From Macrostomum lignano (taxonomy: Eukaryota): a stretch of DNA of 64,000 bases. Below are positions 43,597 through 55,549 of this stretch, in pieces (the stretch's first letter is position 1; each line of letters starts with the position of its first letter). The stretch covers positions 55,808 through 119,807 of the forward strand of contig NIVC01002215.1 in the NCBI GenBank assembly GCA_002269645.1, in the 5' to 3' direction. The notes below the pieces were generated by a model. It was not told where the DNA came from, did no database searches, and saw only the letters and a list, made by a program, of their open reading frames with translations. The translations under genes were made by a program, and so were the position numbers.

Positions 43597-46500
43597 TCAC
43601 TTCATGTACTTCTGCCGCACCTGGTCCAGCAGGTCGTTCAGAGCCGGCTCCGACAGGGCGTCGTTGAAGTTGTTCAGGCAGGCCAGCAGCTCCGGGTTCA
43701 GCGCGAAAGGGTAGTGCCTGCGGGCGGGGAGCAGTCAGCGCTGAGTGGCCAAGCACTGTCTATGGCCCTATCTGTGGCACTATGGCACTGTCCATGGCCC
43801 TATCTGTGGCACCGTCTATGGCACTGTCCATGGCTCTGTCTATGGCCCTGTCTATGACCCTGTCTATACCACTGTCAATGGCCCTGTCTATGGCCCTAAA
43901 GGCGGAGTAGCCAAGCCCTGCGTGGTCAAGCCCACTCACATAGCCTTAGCCGAGTACCGCTTGAACCGAATGCAGAAGTCCAGGCAATTAAAGGACACCC
44001 AGTACTTCCAGTAGTTGATGACGGGCATGAGGCCCAGCTGCTTGGCCCGGCTGACCGGATAGTCGGGTGGGAGGCTGGACACCTCATCGCCGCCGACAGC
44101 GCCCTCGTGGATGCGCGTGAGATACTTGAGCACCTCGCCTACGTGCGGCACCAGCGGCGGCTCGGTGGAGCCCATGTTGCGGAAGTAGTCCCTGGCAAAG
44201 GCGGCCTGGTCGCCAAGGCAGCTGGTGAGGGCACGCAGCCGCTGGCGCACGGAGCGGCCGGGCCAGGGCAGCTGGTCCAGACTGATGAGGCTGAACACGA
44301 TGGCCAGGTGCGAGTTGAAGTTGTGCAGCCGCTTGAGCTCGTCCGCCACCTTCAGGAAATAGCTGAGCAGCCGCTGCCGCTCCTTCATTTTGGTGGTCTT
44401 TGAGCCCAGCACCAGGGTCTTCACCCAGAAGCCCAGCCGGTTGAAGGAGTTGATGAAGGCCTGCAGGTTGGCGAACTGCTCCCGGCTGCGGCCGCGCACG
44501 AAGGCCAGGTACTCCTGGGGTAGGGAGTGTTCAGGAGGATGTGAGAGTGTTCAGGAGGATGTGGAAGTGTTCAGGAGGATGTGAAAGTGTTCAGGAGGAT
44601 GTGAGAGTGTTCAGGAGGATGTGGAAGTGTTCAGGAGGATGTCAGAGTGTTCAGGAGGATGTGGGAGTGCTCAGGACATGGGAGTGCTCAGGACATGGGA
44701 GTGCTCAGGACATGGGAGTGCTCAGGACATGGGAGTGCTCAGGACATGGGAGTGCTCAGGACATGGGAGTGCTCAGGACATGGGAGTGCTCAGGACATGG
44801 GAGTGCTCAGGACATGGGAGTGCTCAGGACATGGGAGTGCTCAGGACATGGGAGTGCTCAGGACATGGGAGTGCTCAGGATATGGGAGTGCTCAGGATAT
44901 GGGAGTGTTCAAATGAATGTGGGTGTGCTTAATAAGCAGGAATAATTTTCGGGAAGATAATGTTTAGGATGTTGATGTTTGCGTACAAGCAAGCAAGATT
45001 TTCATTTTTAGTATATAGGAAGGTAATGTTCATGAAGCTGGGATAATGTTCAAAAGCTGGGACAATGTAAAAGATGCGAACCTGAATCTCGATCCGCCTG
45101 TACAGGCGCGAGTCCATGAGGGTGATCTGCTCGGCCAGCTGACGCGGCGTGAAGTCGGTGATGCTACGCCGTTGTGCCGCCAAGGCGGAGGCGGCGGCTG
45201 CCGCAGCGGGGTCGGGCTGGGCGGCCTCGGCCTGGCGCTGCCGCACGCCGGCGAGCGCGGTGGCGAGGATCTGCGCCTCCGGCAGGCGGCCCTCGCCGAC
45301 AAGGCGCTGCTTAAGCAGGCCGAGGTCGTCCAGCATCTCCTGGTCGCATTCGGAGCTGACCTGATGGGGATGAAAAGAAAGAGCTGGTCTGCCTACTGCC
45401 AGAGGAGATTTGCTCAATGGAGATCTGCTCAATGGAGATCTGCTTAATGGAGATCTGCTTAATGGAGATCAGCTTAATGGAGATCTGCTTAATGGAGATC
45501 TGCTTAATGGAGATATGCTCAATGGAGATTTGCTCAATGGAGATTTGCTCAATGGAGATCTGCTCAATTGAGATTCGCGATCCGGGCAGTCCCCACCCCC
45601 GCCAGCGCCCCAAGCCGCACCTCGTCCAGCACGCGGACCAGGAAGGCGAAGGCCGGCTTCCACAGCAGGTCGCGGCCGGCCGCCAGGAAGAAGATCGCCC
45701 GCGACACGATGCGGCCGACCAGCTCGTGCGAGCTGGCGAAGCAGCGGTAGGTGGCCGCCAGGCTCTCGCAGAACAGCAGGTGCTGCCTGGCGCCCTCGGT
45801 GGCGGGGCAGCAGGCGTGCACCAGCAGGGCGTCCAGCGGCCCCGCCCGCACCCGGATTCGGTCCTCGGCCTCCGCCACGGCCGGGTCAGTGGCCGGGTCC
45901 CACACCAGGAACTCCTCCAGCTGGTCGTAGAAGTACGCCTCCAGCGGCTCCTCCGACGAGGCATCAGCCGCCGCCGCTGCCGCCGTCTCGGAAGTCGCCG
46001 ACAACAGCGGCTTCGTGGTCGGTGGGGTTGGCGGCAGCTGCTCGTACAGCGAGTCCTCGCCGCCTGGCATCGCTGAGGGCGCCGCCGCCGCCGCCGGTGC
46101 TGCTCCGGCGTCCTCGTCGCTGCCGAGGTCGTCAGCCATGGGGATCGGCGGCTGCTGGGCGGCCGAGGCGGCGGGCACGTGGCGGACCCGAGCGGTGTGG
46201 CTGATGGTGGTGTTGCGGTGCACGATGAGTCCCGCCCTCGGCTGCCGGCACTCGTGCGTCACCAGCGAGATTGTCTTGCTGCGCTCGTGCGGCGCGTCGC
46301 TGGAGACCAGCTTGTGCCAGCGCGAATGGAACATGTTGAAGGAGTCCATGGAGTGCCTGCTGAAGTCCGTCAGCTCGCGGTCGTAGCCAGCCAGCATCTG
46401 CATGTACTGGTTCACTGCAATGAGTGACAATGGATGAACTGGTTCACTGCAATGAGTGACAATGGATGAACTGGTTCACTGCAATGAGTGACAATGGGTG

Positions 46501-49500
46501 AACTGGTTCACTGCAATGAGTGACAATGGGTGAACCAGTTCACCAGTAAGTGTGGCACTGAGTGAACCAGTGAGTGTGGAATGTGAGTGAACCAGTGAGT
46601 GAGGCACTGAGTGAACAAGTGAGTGTGGAATGTGAGTGAACCAGTGAGTGAGGCACTGTGTGAACCTGTGAGTGTGATAATGAGTGAACCAGTGACAGTT
46701 TCATTGCCGATGACCCAGTTTCCCCTAATTTGCATGCTCAAAGAAAGAAAAAAACTGGGTCGCCATAGCAACAACAGAGAAAAATATCGAAAAGCCGAGT
46801 AGAAACGAATGGAGAGTGGAAAAGTGTTCACGCGGTCGCTGCGCAGAACAAGAGCCAGTCAGCCAGCCAAGTTCCCTGTGCAGTCCAGGCTGGTTACAAT
46901 AAGCAGCCGCTAATAGGCCTGGCCAGGCACAGCAGGGCTAAGCGGGAGTTGCCGCCTCGCTGCCCCCTTTGCTTATCGCTCCGCCGGCGCCGCGGGGCAC
47001 GCAGCCGCAGGGAGGCTCGGGTTGCACACTCCCAGCCCCCCCCCCAAATTCCAAAATTCCAGCCGATTCCAAAGCCGGCTGCGCCCCGAGCGGCCCTGGC
47101 CCGATTCTCTGACAGGCCTCGCTTTAAACTGCCTCGGCTGCAGCGAGTCGCCTGAGAGTTGCGGCGGCTCCGCTGACTCAGCCAGCCGCGGGGCTGTCCT
47201 TCGAATCCTTGGTGGCTGCCCCCTGCATGCATGGCGGCGCAGCTGCCGCCTCCATCGCGGCTTTCAGATCCCGCCGGGCCAGCGATACGGAGATGACGAA
47301 TCGGTGGGTGGGGGATTGGGAAGACAAGCCGCTGCTTCTGCGCATTTGCCGCTCGATTCCCCTCCGATCCCCTGAGGATCTTTTGCGTCCGAGACACTCC
47401 AGCAACTTAGCGATTGACCCTCGGCAACTGCGCGCCGCCCCGGCCTCTCCCGGAATTTTGTTTACGACAATCGCGTGACGCCCCGCCCGCCCCTCAGCCG
47501 CTCGTGCGGAAGCCGCGCGAGACTTTTCTGCCGGCAATCCGAGCGGAGCCTCCTCGGCAGCGCACGCCACTGCCGGGGCGAGTCTGCGGCGAGTAAAAAG
47601 CCGCCAGTCCCAGCCTCCTTTGCTTCATCTCTAATTAAACGCCGCTTCCGGCGAACGCTGGCCGCCCGAGGCCGCAGGCTGAGAAAAATGAGAGACGGAG
47701 CCCGGGGGGGGGCAGGCGGATGCTGAGCGGAGCGGGCCGCTGATGAAGACAAAATAGGAGAATAAGACGGAGCAGCTTGGGCGACCGGGATGCGGATGCC
47801 CCGGGCTTCCCATTCACCGGGATAATTGGCGTGGGACTTCAATTTTCAGGGGGGAGGGCGGCAGCCTCCCGAATCCCCACCTGCGGGCGGCACAACTCCC
47901 TCAACGCCGCAGTCAATCAGCTGGCAGCTTCATCAGCTCAGCTCAGCCCATCTTTACAATCTTATTATTGACAGCCAGTTGTTTAGCAGCTCTGAACTGC
48001 CAGCTGAGATTAATTTGTGAGCGGTGAAAACCTTGCGTCCGCTCTCCTGCCCGTTGCTATGGAGCTCTGGCTCGCTGACTGACTCAATTTCTCCTTCGGA
48101 CACTGCCTGACACTGAATCTCTGATTCTGAATCTCTGACTGAATCTCTGACTCTGAATCTCTGACTCTGAATCTCTGACTCTGAATCTCTGACTGAATCT
48201 CTGACTCTGAATCTCTGACTCTGAATCTCTGACTCTGAATCTCTGACTCTCTGAACCCTAGCAGGACTCACCCAGACGTTGCGAAGGTTCCTCCGGCTTT
48301 CGCAGCGACACGACTGACTCGGACATCGGGTCGGACACGCTGCCGGGCGGCGGCGGCTTTGGCGGTGGCGACCCATCGGGCTGCGATGCCGGTGACGGCT
48401 GCTGCTTCTGCTGCTGCGGAGGCGGGGGAGGCGGCGGCGGCGGAAAGTCGCTGGCGCCGGACATGATGGAGTGGTAGCCGGACGTCGCATCCGACCGAAA
48501 GCTGGCGTCCCGGCCAGCCTCTGAGGAGGCGGCCAGCTGCTGCTGCTGCTGCTGCTCCTGGAGATGCGGCGGCAGTGGAAGCTGCGGCTGCGCCGGACCG
48601 AGCGCCAAACAGTCGGTGGCGGTGAGGGCCAGCGGCGGCCCAGAGGACATCACGACAGTCCGCGTGCGCACCACCTTCTGCCGGCGCCGCTTGCGAACCT
48701 TCCGCTTGTACAGCACGCCGTTGACGCTGACGAGGTCCTCGGTGAACTCCTCCTCGCTCTGCGTGGAGTCCTCGGAGCCGCCCGACTCCACCGAGGAGCC
48801 GATGCTGTCGGTCGAGCCGACGCTGCTGCCATTGTCGGTGCCAGCGGCCAGGAAGGAGGCGGAGGCGCCGGCCGCCGGGTCGTCAGCGGAGGGGCCCTGC
48901 AGGGATTTGAGCCGCTGGGAGACGGTGAGGATGCTCTGCATCATTTTCTCATCATCCAGGCAGCGGTCCAGCTCGGAGGCGGTGGGCAGCGAGTTCCTGG
49001 CCGGGGCGCTGGCGCTGCGGTGGGCGATACGGCGTTTCGGGTTTCGAGTGCTTGCCAAGAGCGGTATGGACAATATGAGAAAGTAAGAGCTGGTTTTCCC
49101 GGACCCCCCCCCTGCTTCCACCAGCTTCAGCCAGCGGGCACCAGTCGGTGACCCAAAAGTGCAGCCGGAGCCTCCGTCACCCCTGGGGCCGGGCGGCCAG
49201 CGCAGAGTTGAAGGGCGGCACAGGTGGGCCGGCAAGAAACCGGGCTAACAGGCTGCGAGTGGAACAGCTGGGGAATTGCAGCCGATCGCTACTTGGGTTT
49301 GCGGTGCCCTGGGAGGAGGAGTAGCGAATCCAGAATTGCCTTGAAAGGAAGAGAGAATCGAGATGCAACAAAAATACAAAAAAGAAAAGAAAGACATCGA
49401 TACTCACCAATCCAGCGAGTCCATTGGCAGTCCTTGGCAGGTCGCAATCAGAGCCTGAAACAGTTGGGGCAGGGCAAGACGGCTGTGTCTGAGAGACGGC

Positions 49501-52500
49501 AGGCAGTTAAATGCAACTTTCGCTTTCGCCTGGTTGGCTGGGCGCGGGGGGGGGGGGCGGGCAGCCACCAACCGGCAAAATCTGCAGCAAAAACCAAAGC
49601 AACAGGTTTTACAATCGTCTGAACTTGTTTATAAAGCGTTATGATATGTTTGTTATTCGGAAATGCTCTGCACTGCGCTTCACGCTTGGCCGTGCGAACT
49701 GGCTCAGTTTTTATGATGACGCATGACTTCAGGATAAACCGAAAGCCTGGGGTTTTCACACTGACTGCGCCTTCAGTTCACTTGTCTCACACAGCTCTGC
49801 CTGCCCTCGCCGACAGACCCCAGCTCCCGGACGCTTCTGCTCCCAACCCTTCTCATTTTCTCGCCACCCAGGATGGGCTGTGATAGCGGCCGAATCCAAT
49901 TTTGGAATTTGCACCGAGGGAGATCCCATAAGGCTGCCGAGCTGGGTGGGCGTGCATGCCAGCTGCCTGGACATCTAAGCAATCTGTACTGGGCGCGGAA
50001 TGGCAGAATTCAAAATCGAATCAATTTGTAATGGTATATTGGACTGATTGGCACACAGAGCAGTATTGGCAAGATACAGAGCGGGATTGGTGAGATACAG
50101 AGCGGGATTGGTGAGATACAGAGCGGGATTGGTGAGATACAGAGCGGGATTGTTGAGATGCAGAGCGGGATTGGTGAGATACAGAGCGGGATTGGTGAGA
50201 TACAGAGCGGGATTGGTGAGATACAGAGCGGGATTGGTGAGATACAGAGCGGGATTGGTAAGATACAGAGCGGGATTGGTGAGATACAGAGCGGGATTGG
50301 TGAGATACAGAGCGGGATTGGTGAGATACAGAGCGGGATTGGTGAGATACAGAGCGGGATTGGTGAGATACAGAGCGGGATTGGTGAGATACAGAGCGGG
50401 ATTGGTAAGATACAAAACGGGATTAGTAAGATACAGAGCGGGATTGGTGAGATACAGAGCGGGATTTGTGAGATACAGAGCGGGATTGGTGAGATACAGA
50501 GCGGGATTGGTGAGATACATGCAGAGTGGGATTGGCAAGATACAGAGCGGGATTCGTGAGATACAGAGCGGGATTGGTGAGATACATGCAGAGTGGGATT
50601 GGTGAGATACAGAGCGGGATTGGTGAGATACAGAGCAGGATTGGTGAGATACAGAGCGGGATTGGTGAGATACAGAGCGGGATTGGTGAGATACAGAGCG
50701 GGATTGGTGAGATACAGAGCGGGATTGGTAAGATACAGAGCGGGATTGGTGAGATACAGAGCGGGATTGGTGAGATACAGAGCGGGATTGGTAAGATACA
50801 AAACGGGATTAGTAAGATACAGAGCGGGATTGGTGAGATACAGAGCGGGATTTGTGAGATACAGAGCGGGATTGGTGAGATACAGAGCGGGATTGGTGAG
50901 ATACATGCAGAGTGGGATTGGCAAGATACAGAGCGGGATTCGTGAGATACAGAGCGGGATTGGTGAGATACATGCAGAGTGGGATTGGTGAGATACAGAG
51001 CGGGATTGGTGAGATACAGAGCAGGATTGGTGAGATACAGAGCGGGATTGGTGAGATACAGAGCGGGATTGGTGAGATACAGAGCGGGATTGGTGAGATA
51101 CAGAGCGGGATTGGTAAGATACAGAGCGGGATTGGTGAGATACAGAGCGGGATTGGTGAGATACAGAGCGGGATTGGTGAGATACAGAGCGGGATTGGCA
51201 AGATGAGAAAGAATTCTCACTCACTGCCAGAATTATTTATGACATTAAAGTGCAGAATTATTTGACTGTTTGCACATATTGCGCTACTATAAGTAGGCCA
51301 ATCTTGGTTAATAATTCAGAAAAGATCAGGCAAAAAGTCAATCGGGTAAAATTATGCTGAGCTGAATCTGACAATCAATATTGATAAGTTTCTGATCAAT
51401 CTCGTACTGTCAAGTTTGATTGGATTAATGCCACAACTAGAAACCAGCTTAAAGGCTTTACCTTCTGCGCCATGGCCGACAATCGCCAATGGAAAGCTGC
51501 AGTGCGCGGAAACCGCGGGCCAAGAGTTGCGTCAGAGCCCGGAGATAACAGCAGCGCAGGTTTTAAAATACGACCGCTCGGCGCCCCGCCCACGCAAACA
51601 CAGACAAGTTAGATGGGCTCAGATGATCAAAATTAAACAGACCTGAGTCACCCAGTTAAACAATGTCAGCACAAGTTGGAGCGGCTCAAAGCCGAGAATC
51701 CGATTTCCGATTCGGGAATGCGCTGAGAATTTCTGCTTTCGCTTGTGCCTTAAATAGGCCGGCAGTGCCCAGGCTGGGTGCTGCACGGGCACTCTCCTTA
51801 CCTCACCCTCGGACTGGGGGCCTCAGTGGGGGGGGGCAACCAGTTTAAAACAATAAACGCAGCACGCTTTGGTTGGCGCTGTTTGCACAGGCAGGCGGCC
51901 CCCCGCTGTGCCAGGAGGGGTGGGGGCGCAGGAGAGCCCGCCAGTTCTCACTGCAGCAGGGCAGGAGTGAAGCGCCTGCAGGTCTCCGTGCGGAAAGCCC
52001 GGCGGCGGGGGAAGGGCTTGGGGGTGGGTAGCGGGTCACGTGATAAGCCAGCAAAGCGCATGCATTTAACTTAATACATTTTGCCACAAATATTGAATAT
52101 TAACAAAAACTAATAATTTAATGACTGAAATAGTTACTAATCCAACGCATTGATTTCGCAATCAATACCAAATTGGACTTTGATCAGCAGTCCCCAGCCC
52201 CCTCTATCCCTCAGCAGTCCCCAGCCCCCTCTGTCCCTCAGCAGTCCCCAGCCCCCTCTGTCCCTCAGCAGTCCCCAGCCCCTCTGTCCCTCAGCGGTCT
52301 CCAGTCCCTGAGTACACCATAGCCCACCTCAATCTTTCCCTGGTAGCCGCTGATCAAGCCGTTGCCGGCGATGTGGTTGAAGGCGTCAGAGGACAGCAGC
52401 GCCTTGTCCAGCCAGCAACAGAGCACCGCCAGAGTGCCGTTGGCCGCTGACATCAGGCTGTTGAACTCCTGGCGCTGCCTGCGGGAAAGTGCGGCAATCG

Positions 52501-52881
52501 TTACGTACTACTGATGACAACTAGTACTGCAACACTGTGAATGGCATCAGCTTCGCTGTCGCGAGCACTTCGGCGTGTCATGCTCATTGTACATTCGCTA
52601 GCGTTACATCTCGCTTAGCTTTAGCCACTTCGTGCTCTCTTGGACTAGCTCAAACATGGCATTCTGCCAAGTTTACAGGACAATTCGATCTCGAGGACTT
52701 ACTTCTGCAGGAGCTCGTGGCACACGGCATTTACAGCGTGGATGATCTCCTGGTGCTGACCCAGCAGCAGAAACTGCAGCGCCTCCAGCTGCGACAGAGC
52801 CTCCTTGCGGAGGAAGATGCGCCGCAGGTAGGCAATGGTGGCCAGCACTGCTCGGCACTTCTCATGGATGCGTCTGATCAC
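43597..52881 (-). CDS. RAPGEF1: Rap guanine nucleotide exchange factor 1 (C3G)-like, at least 956 aa, 8 exons found, 5' exon(s) not located
   Basis: Exons 52881-52703, 52478-52328, 49454-49408, 49014-48272, 46414-45621, 45360-45082, 44514-43958 and 43717-43597; all phases compatible. C3G-type N-terminal helix LAVLCCWLDKALL, QYMQMLAGY, REM domain RAGPLDALLVHA..TYRCF..LVRVLDE, CDC25 domain FNRLGFWV..LHNFNSHLAI..PPLVPHVG. Confidence 0.88.
44522..44910. repeat. 20-bp and 17-bp minisatellites in a RAPGEF1 intron
   Basis: GAGTGTTCAGGAGGATGTG(A/G) units followed by GGGAGTGCTCAGGACAT units. Confidence 0.95.
45410..45570. repeat. 15-bp minisatellite in a RAPGEF1 intron
   Basis: Unit AATGGAGATCTGCT(C/T). 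Confidence 0.92.
46409..46536 (-). repeat. 32-bp tandem repeat (4 copies) containing the RAPGEF1 splice acceptor
   Basis: Units start at 46409, 46441, 46473 and 46505; each reads CACTCATTGCAG|TGAACC on the minus strand. Confidence 0.9.
48110..48250. repeat. 14-bp minisatellite in a RAPGEF1 intron
   Basis: Unit GACTCTGAATCTCT. Confidence 0.92.
50055..51205. repeat. 21-bp minisatellite (~1.15 kb) with internal higher-order duplication, RAPGEF1 intron
   Basis: Unit AGATACAGAGCGGGATTGGTG. The variant block (ACAAAACGGGATTAGTAAG...ACATGCAGAGTGGG) recurs ~386 bp apart. Confidence 0.97.
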
Positions 52882-52884
52882 CTG

Positions 52885-53630
52885 CGATTGGTTGGGTGGG
52901 TCAGGTTGCTTGTGACTGGTTGGGTTGGGTTGGGGCGCCTGTGATTGGTCGGGTTTGGGGCACCTCTGATTGGTTAGGTCGGGACACCTGTGATTGGTCG
53001 GGTGGGTTGGGGGGCCTGTAATTGAGTGGGTGGGTTGGGGTACCTGTGATTGGTTAGGTGAGTTGGGGTGCCCATGATTGGTTGGGTAGGTTGGGGCACC
53101 TGTGATTGGTTGGGTGGGTTGGGGCACTTGTGATTGGTTGGGTGGGTTGGGGCATCTGTGATTGATTAGGTGGTTTGAGGCATCTATGATTGGATGGGTT
53201 GGGGTGCCTGTGGTTGGGTGGGTTAGGGCGCCTGTGATTGGTTGGGTGGGTTGGGGCACATGTGATTGGTTGGGTGAGTCTGGGCACCTGTGATTGATTG
53301 GGTGGGTTGGGGCACCTGTGATTGGTTAGGTGAGTTGGGGTGCCTATGATTGGTTGGGTAGGTTTGGGTACCTATGATTGGTTGGATAGGTTGGGGTGCC
53401 TATGATTGGTTGGGTAGGTTGGGGTGCCTGTGATTGGTTGGGTGGGTTAGTAGGGTGCCTATGATTGGTTGGATGGGTTGGGGTACCTATGATTATTTGG
53501 GTGGGTTGGGATGCCTAGGATTCGTTAGATAAGTTGAGATGCATGTGATTGGATAGATAGGTTAGGATGCCTATGATTGGTTAAGTAGGTTAGGATGCCT
53601 ATGATTGGTTGAGTGGGTTGGGACACTGGT
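52885..53630 (-). repeat. ~28-bp minisatellite abutting and copying the RAPGEF1 acceptor
   Basis: Minus-strand unit AACCCACCCAACCAATCACAGGTGCCCC versus the real junction CCCACCCAACCAATCGCAG|GTG. Confidence 0.9.
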
Positions 53631-55549
53631 TGGTGTTAAGTGGGTCAGATCACTTATAAATAGTAGGTATCTCAAGTCATTTGCAATTTGATTGGGACAA
53701 TTAGGTAGGTCAAGTAAATAGATAATGTCAATATAGCAATCTGATTTATATTTTTTGCAAGGTGGGACAATTATAATTGGCAGTCAAATATAAATATAGA
53801 GGTCAAAACCAATGTAATTAAGAAAGAGGCTATAACTTACATATAAATACTCTATCTAATTTTCTTCAAAAGTAAAAGTAAAACTTACATAATATATAAT
53901 AGAATATTTCTAATAAATAACAATAATAACATTTACCAAATTTGTATCATCAGTAGCCTGGCTAAAGTTTGTTTTAACAACAAGTTGTGATGTCATTGCT
54001 GATTTTTAAAGCATGCAAAAATTGTAAATGCATTTATAATATACAAAAATGTATTTAACCAATTCATATAAATAAAACAATGATAAAACTAGGTTTTCTT
54101 AGAGGTACTTTAATAAACAATAAAACTCCTTTCGTCTAGGATAGAAAGAGTAAATTCTAGGCAAATTATGTGACAACAATTTACTGTTTAAAAATTAATT
54201 TACAATAATAGAATACATTATAAAAAATCTGAGTTCAACAAAAAGCAGAAGAAACATTATATCAAATTAAATTTTGGATTTGTTACTAGAATTATAAATA
54301 AAAGGGGCCTATGAAGTTTCTAAATTAAATAAAAAATCGACTTCTTCGATAATTATATTATTAAAATATCATTTAAAACTTCTTTCAACAAAAAAACACG
54401 GTAAAACTGAAATTGCAGAGCAAAATTACTGACGGCTATGTTAAACGGTGATTTTAGTGTTAAACGGTTTAATAAAGGAGCATGTTTTTCATGCATAATT
54501 TGACACACAATGACTATGAGTAAATGAAAGTTCGTCGGCTGTCCTATCGAGCTCAATCGTGAATTCAAACATTTTAGTAATAAATTTCAAAATAATTTAA
54601 AAGGCAAATTTCGTACAAAATTATGATGCTAACATTTTTTATCTAAGTTAATATGCACTTAACGCTATTAATTATACTTTAAAAATTCCTGCTTACTAAA
54701 TTTAAAAAACAAAAGATAAGGATTTAGTATATTTTTAGTAGGCTTTGTTTTTCTTTAACAACGAGGACGTCCGGATTGTTTTGTCTCATTTTTACAACCG
54801 CATGCGTAGAAACGTTCGAGTTCCGGGACCGGAAGTGGCACTTACCAATTAGTTTTAGGTCCTGTTTTTTAACTAAAATTCCTTAAATTCTTTAATTATT
54901 GTGCTAAAATATAGCAACTACAACTTAAATGTTCAAGCCCAGCTTAAATTCCGTCTGAGTGAAGGCTTAAATAAGATATTTCCACGAAACCAATTGTACG
55001 GTTGAGACAATTTCCTGGAATTGTAATTCCTGGAATCGTTATTAAAAGGCAGTGCTTATTGTCACAGTACCGTAAGTATAGTGGCCAAATTATTCCCACG
55101 GTACCGTGAGAATAACTTTGAACTTATTGTCACGGTACACTACAAAGATATATTATACTCCTAGCATAGTGTAGGCCTAAGGGCAATCAATATGCATCAT
55201 TGCATGAAACCGCCTAAAAATTTAATAAGTTTTAAGTTGCAAAATTGAATGTAAAACTAAACGAAATTGGAGTAGTATGGCTTATCAGTATATATACATT
55301 TTTAGGCTTATATTGTTGTTACAATTCTATATATATATATATGTTAGTCATCTTTTGTGCATATAATTTTTATGGTATAAACAATATCAATAGGACTAAA
55401 CCTTGAAGTTTCAAATTATGTTTCTTGAAAGCAATTAAAAAACAAACTAATTAACTAGGCCTATCTCATTACATTATAAACTTGTATTTAATAAATATTT
55501 GATTTCTTATTTTATCATCCTGATTCATCCATTATGTTTTTATATGCAC

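Noticed and set aside
46830-48000. Many short overlapping ORFs in a GC-rich patch
   Set aside because: No recognisable domain. The RAPGEF1 exons on either side join in frame without it, so it may be an intronic CpG-rich regulatory region, but there is no direct evidence.
49975-51265. LYLTNPA / QSGIGEI / RYRAGLV repeat proteins
   Set aside because: The 21-bp unit is a multiple of 3 with no stop, so several frames stay open. It lies in a RAPGEF1 intron.
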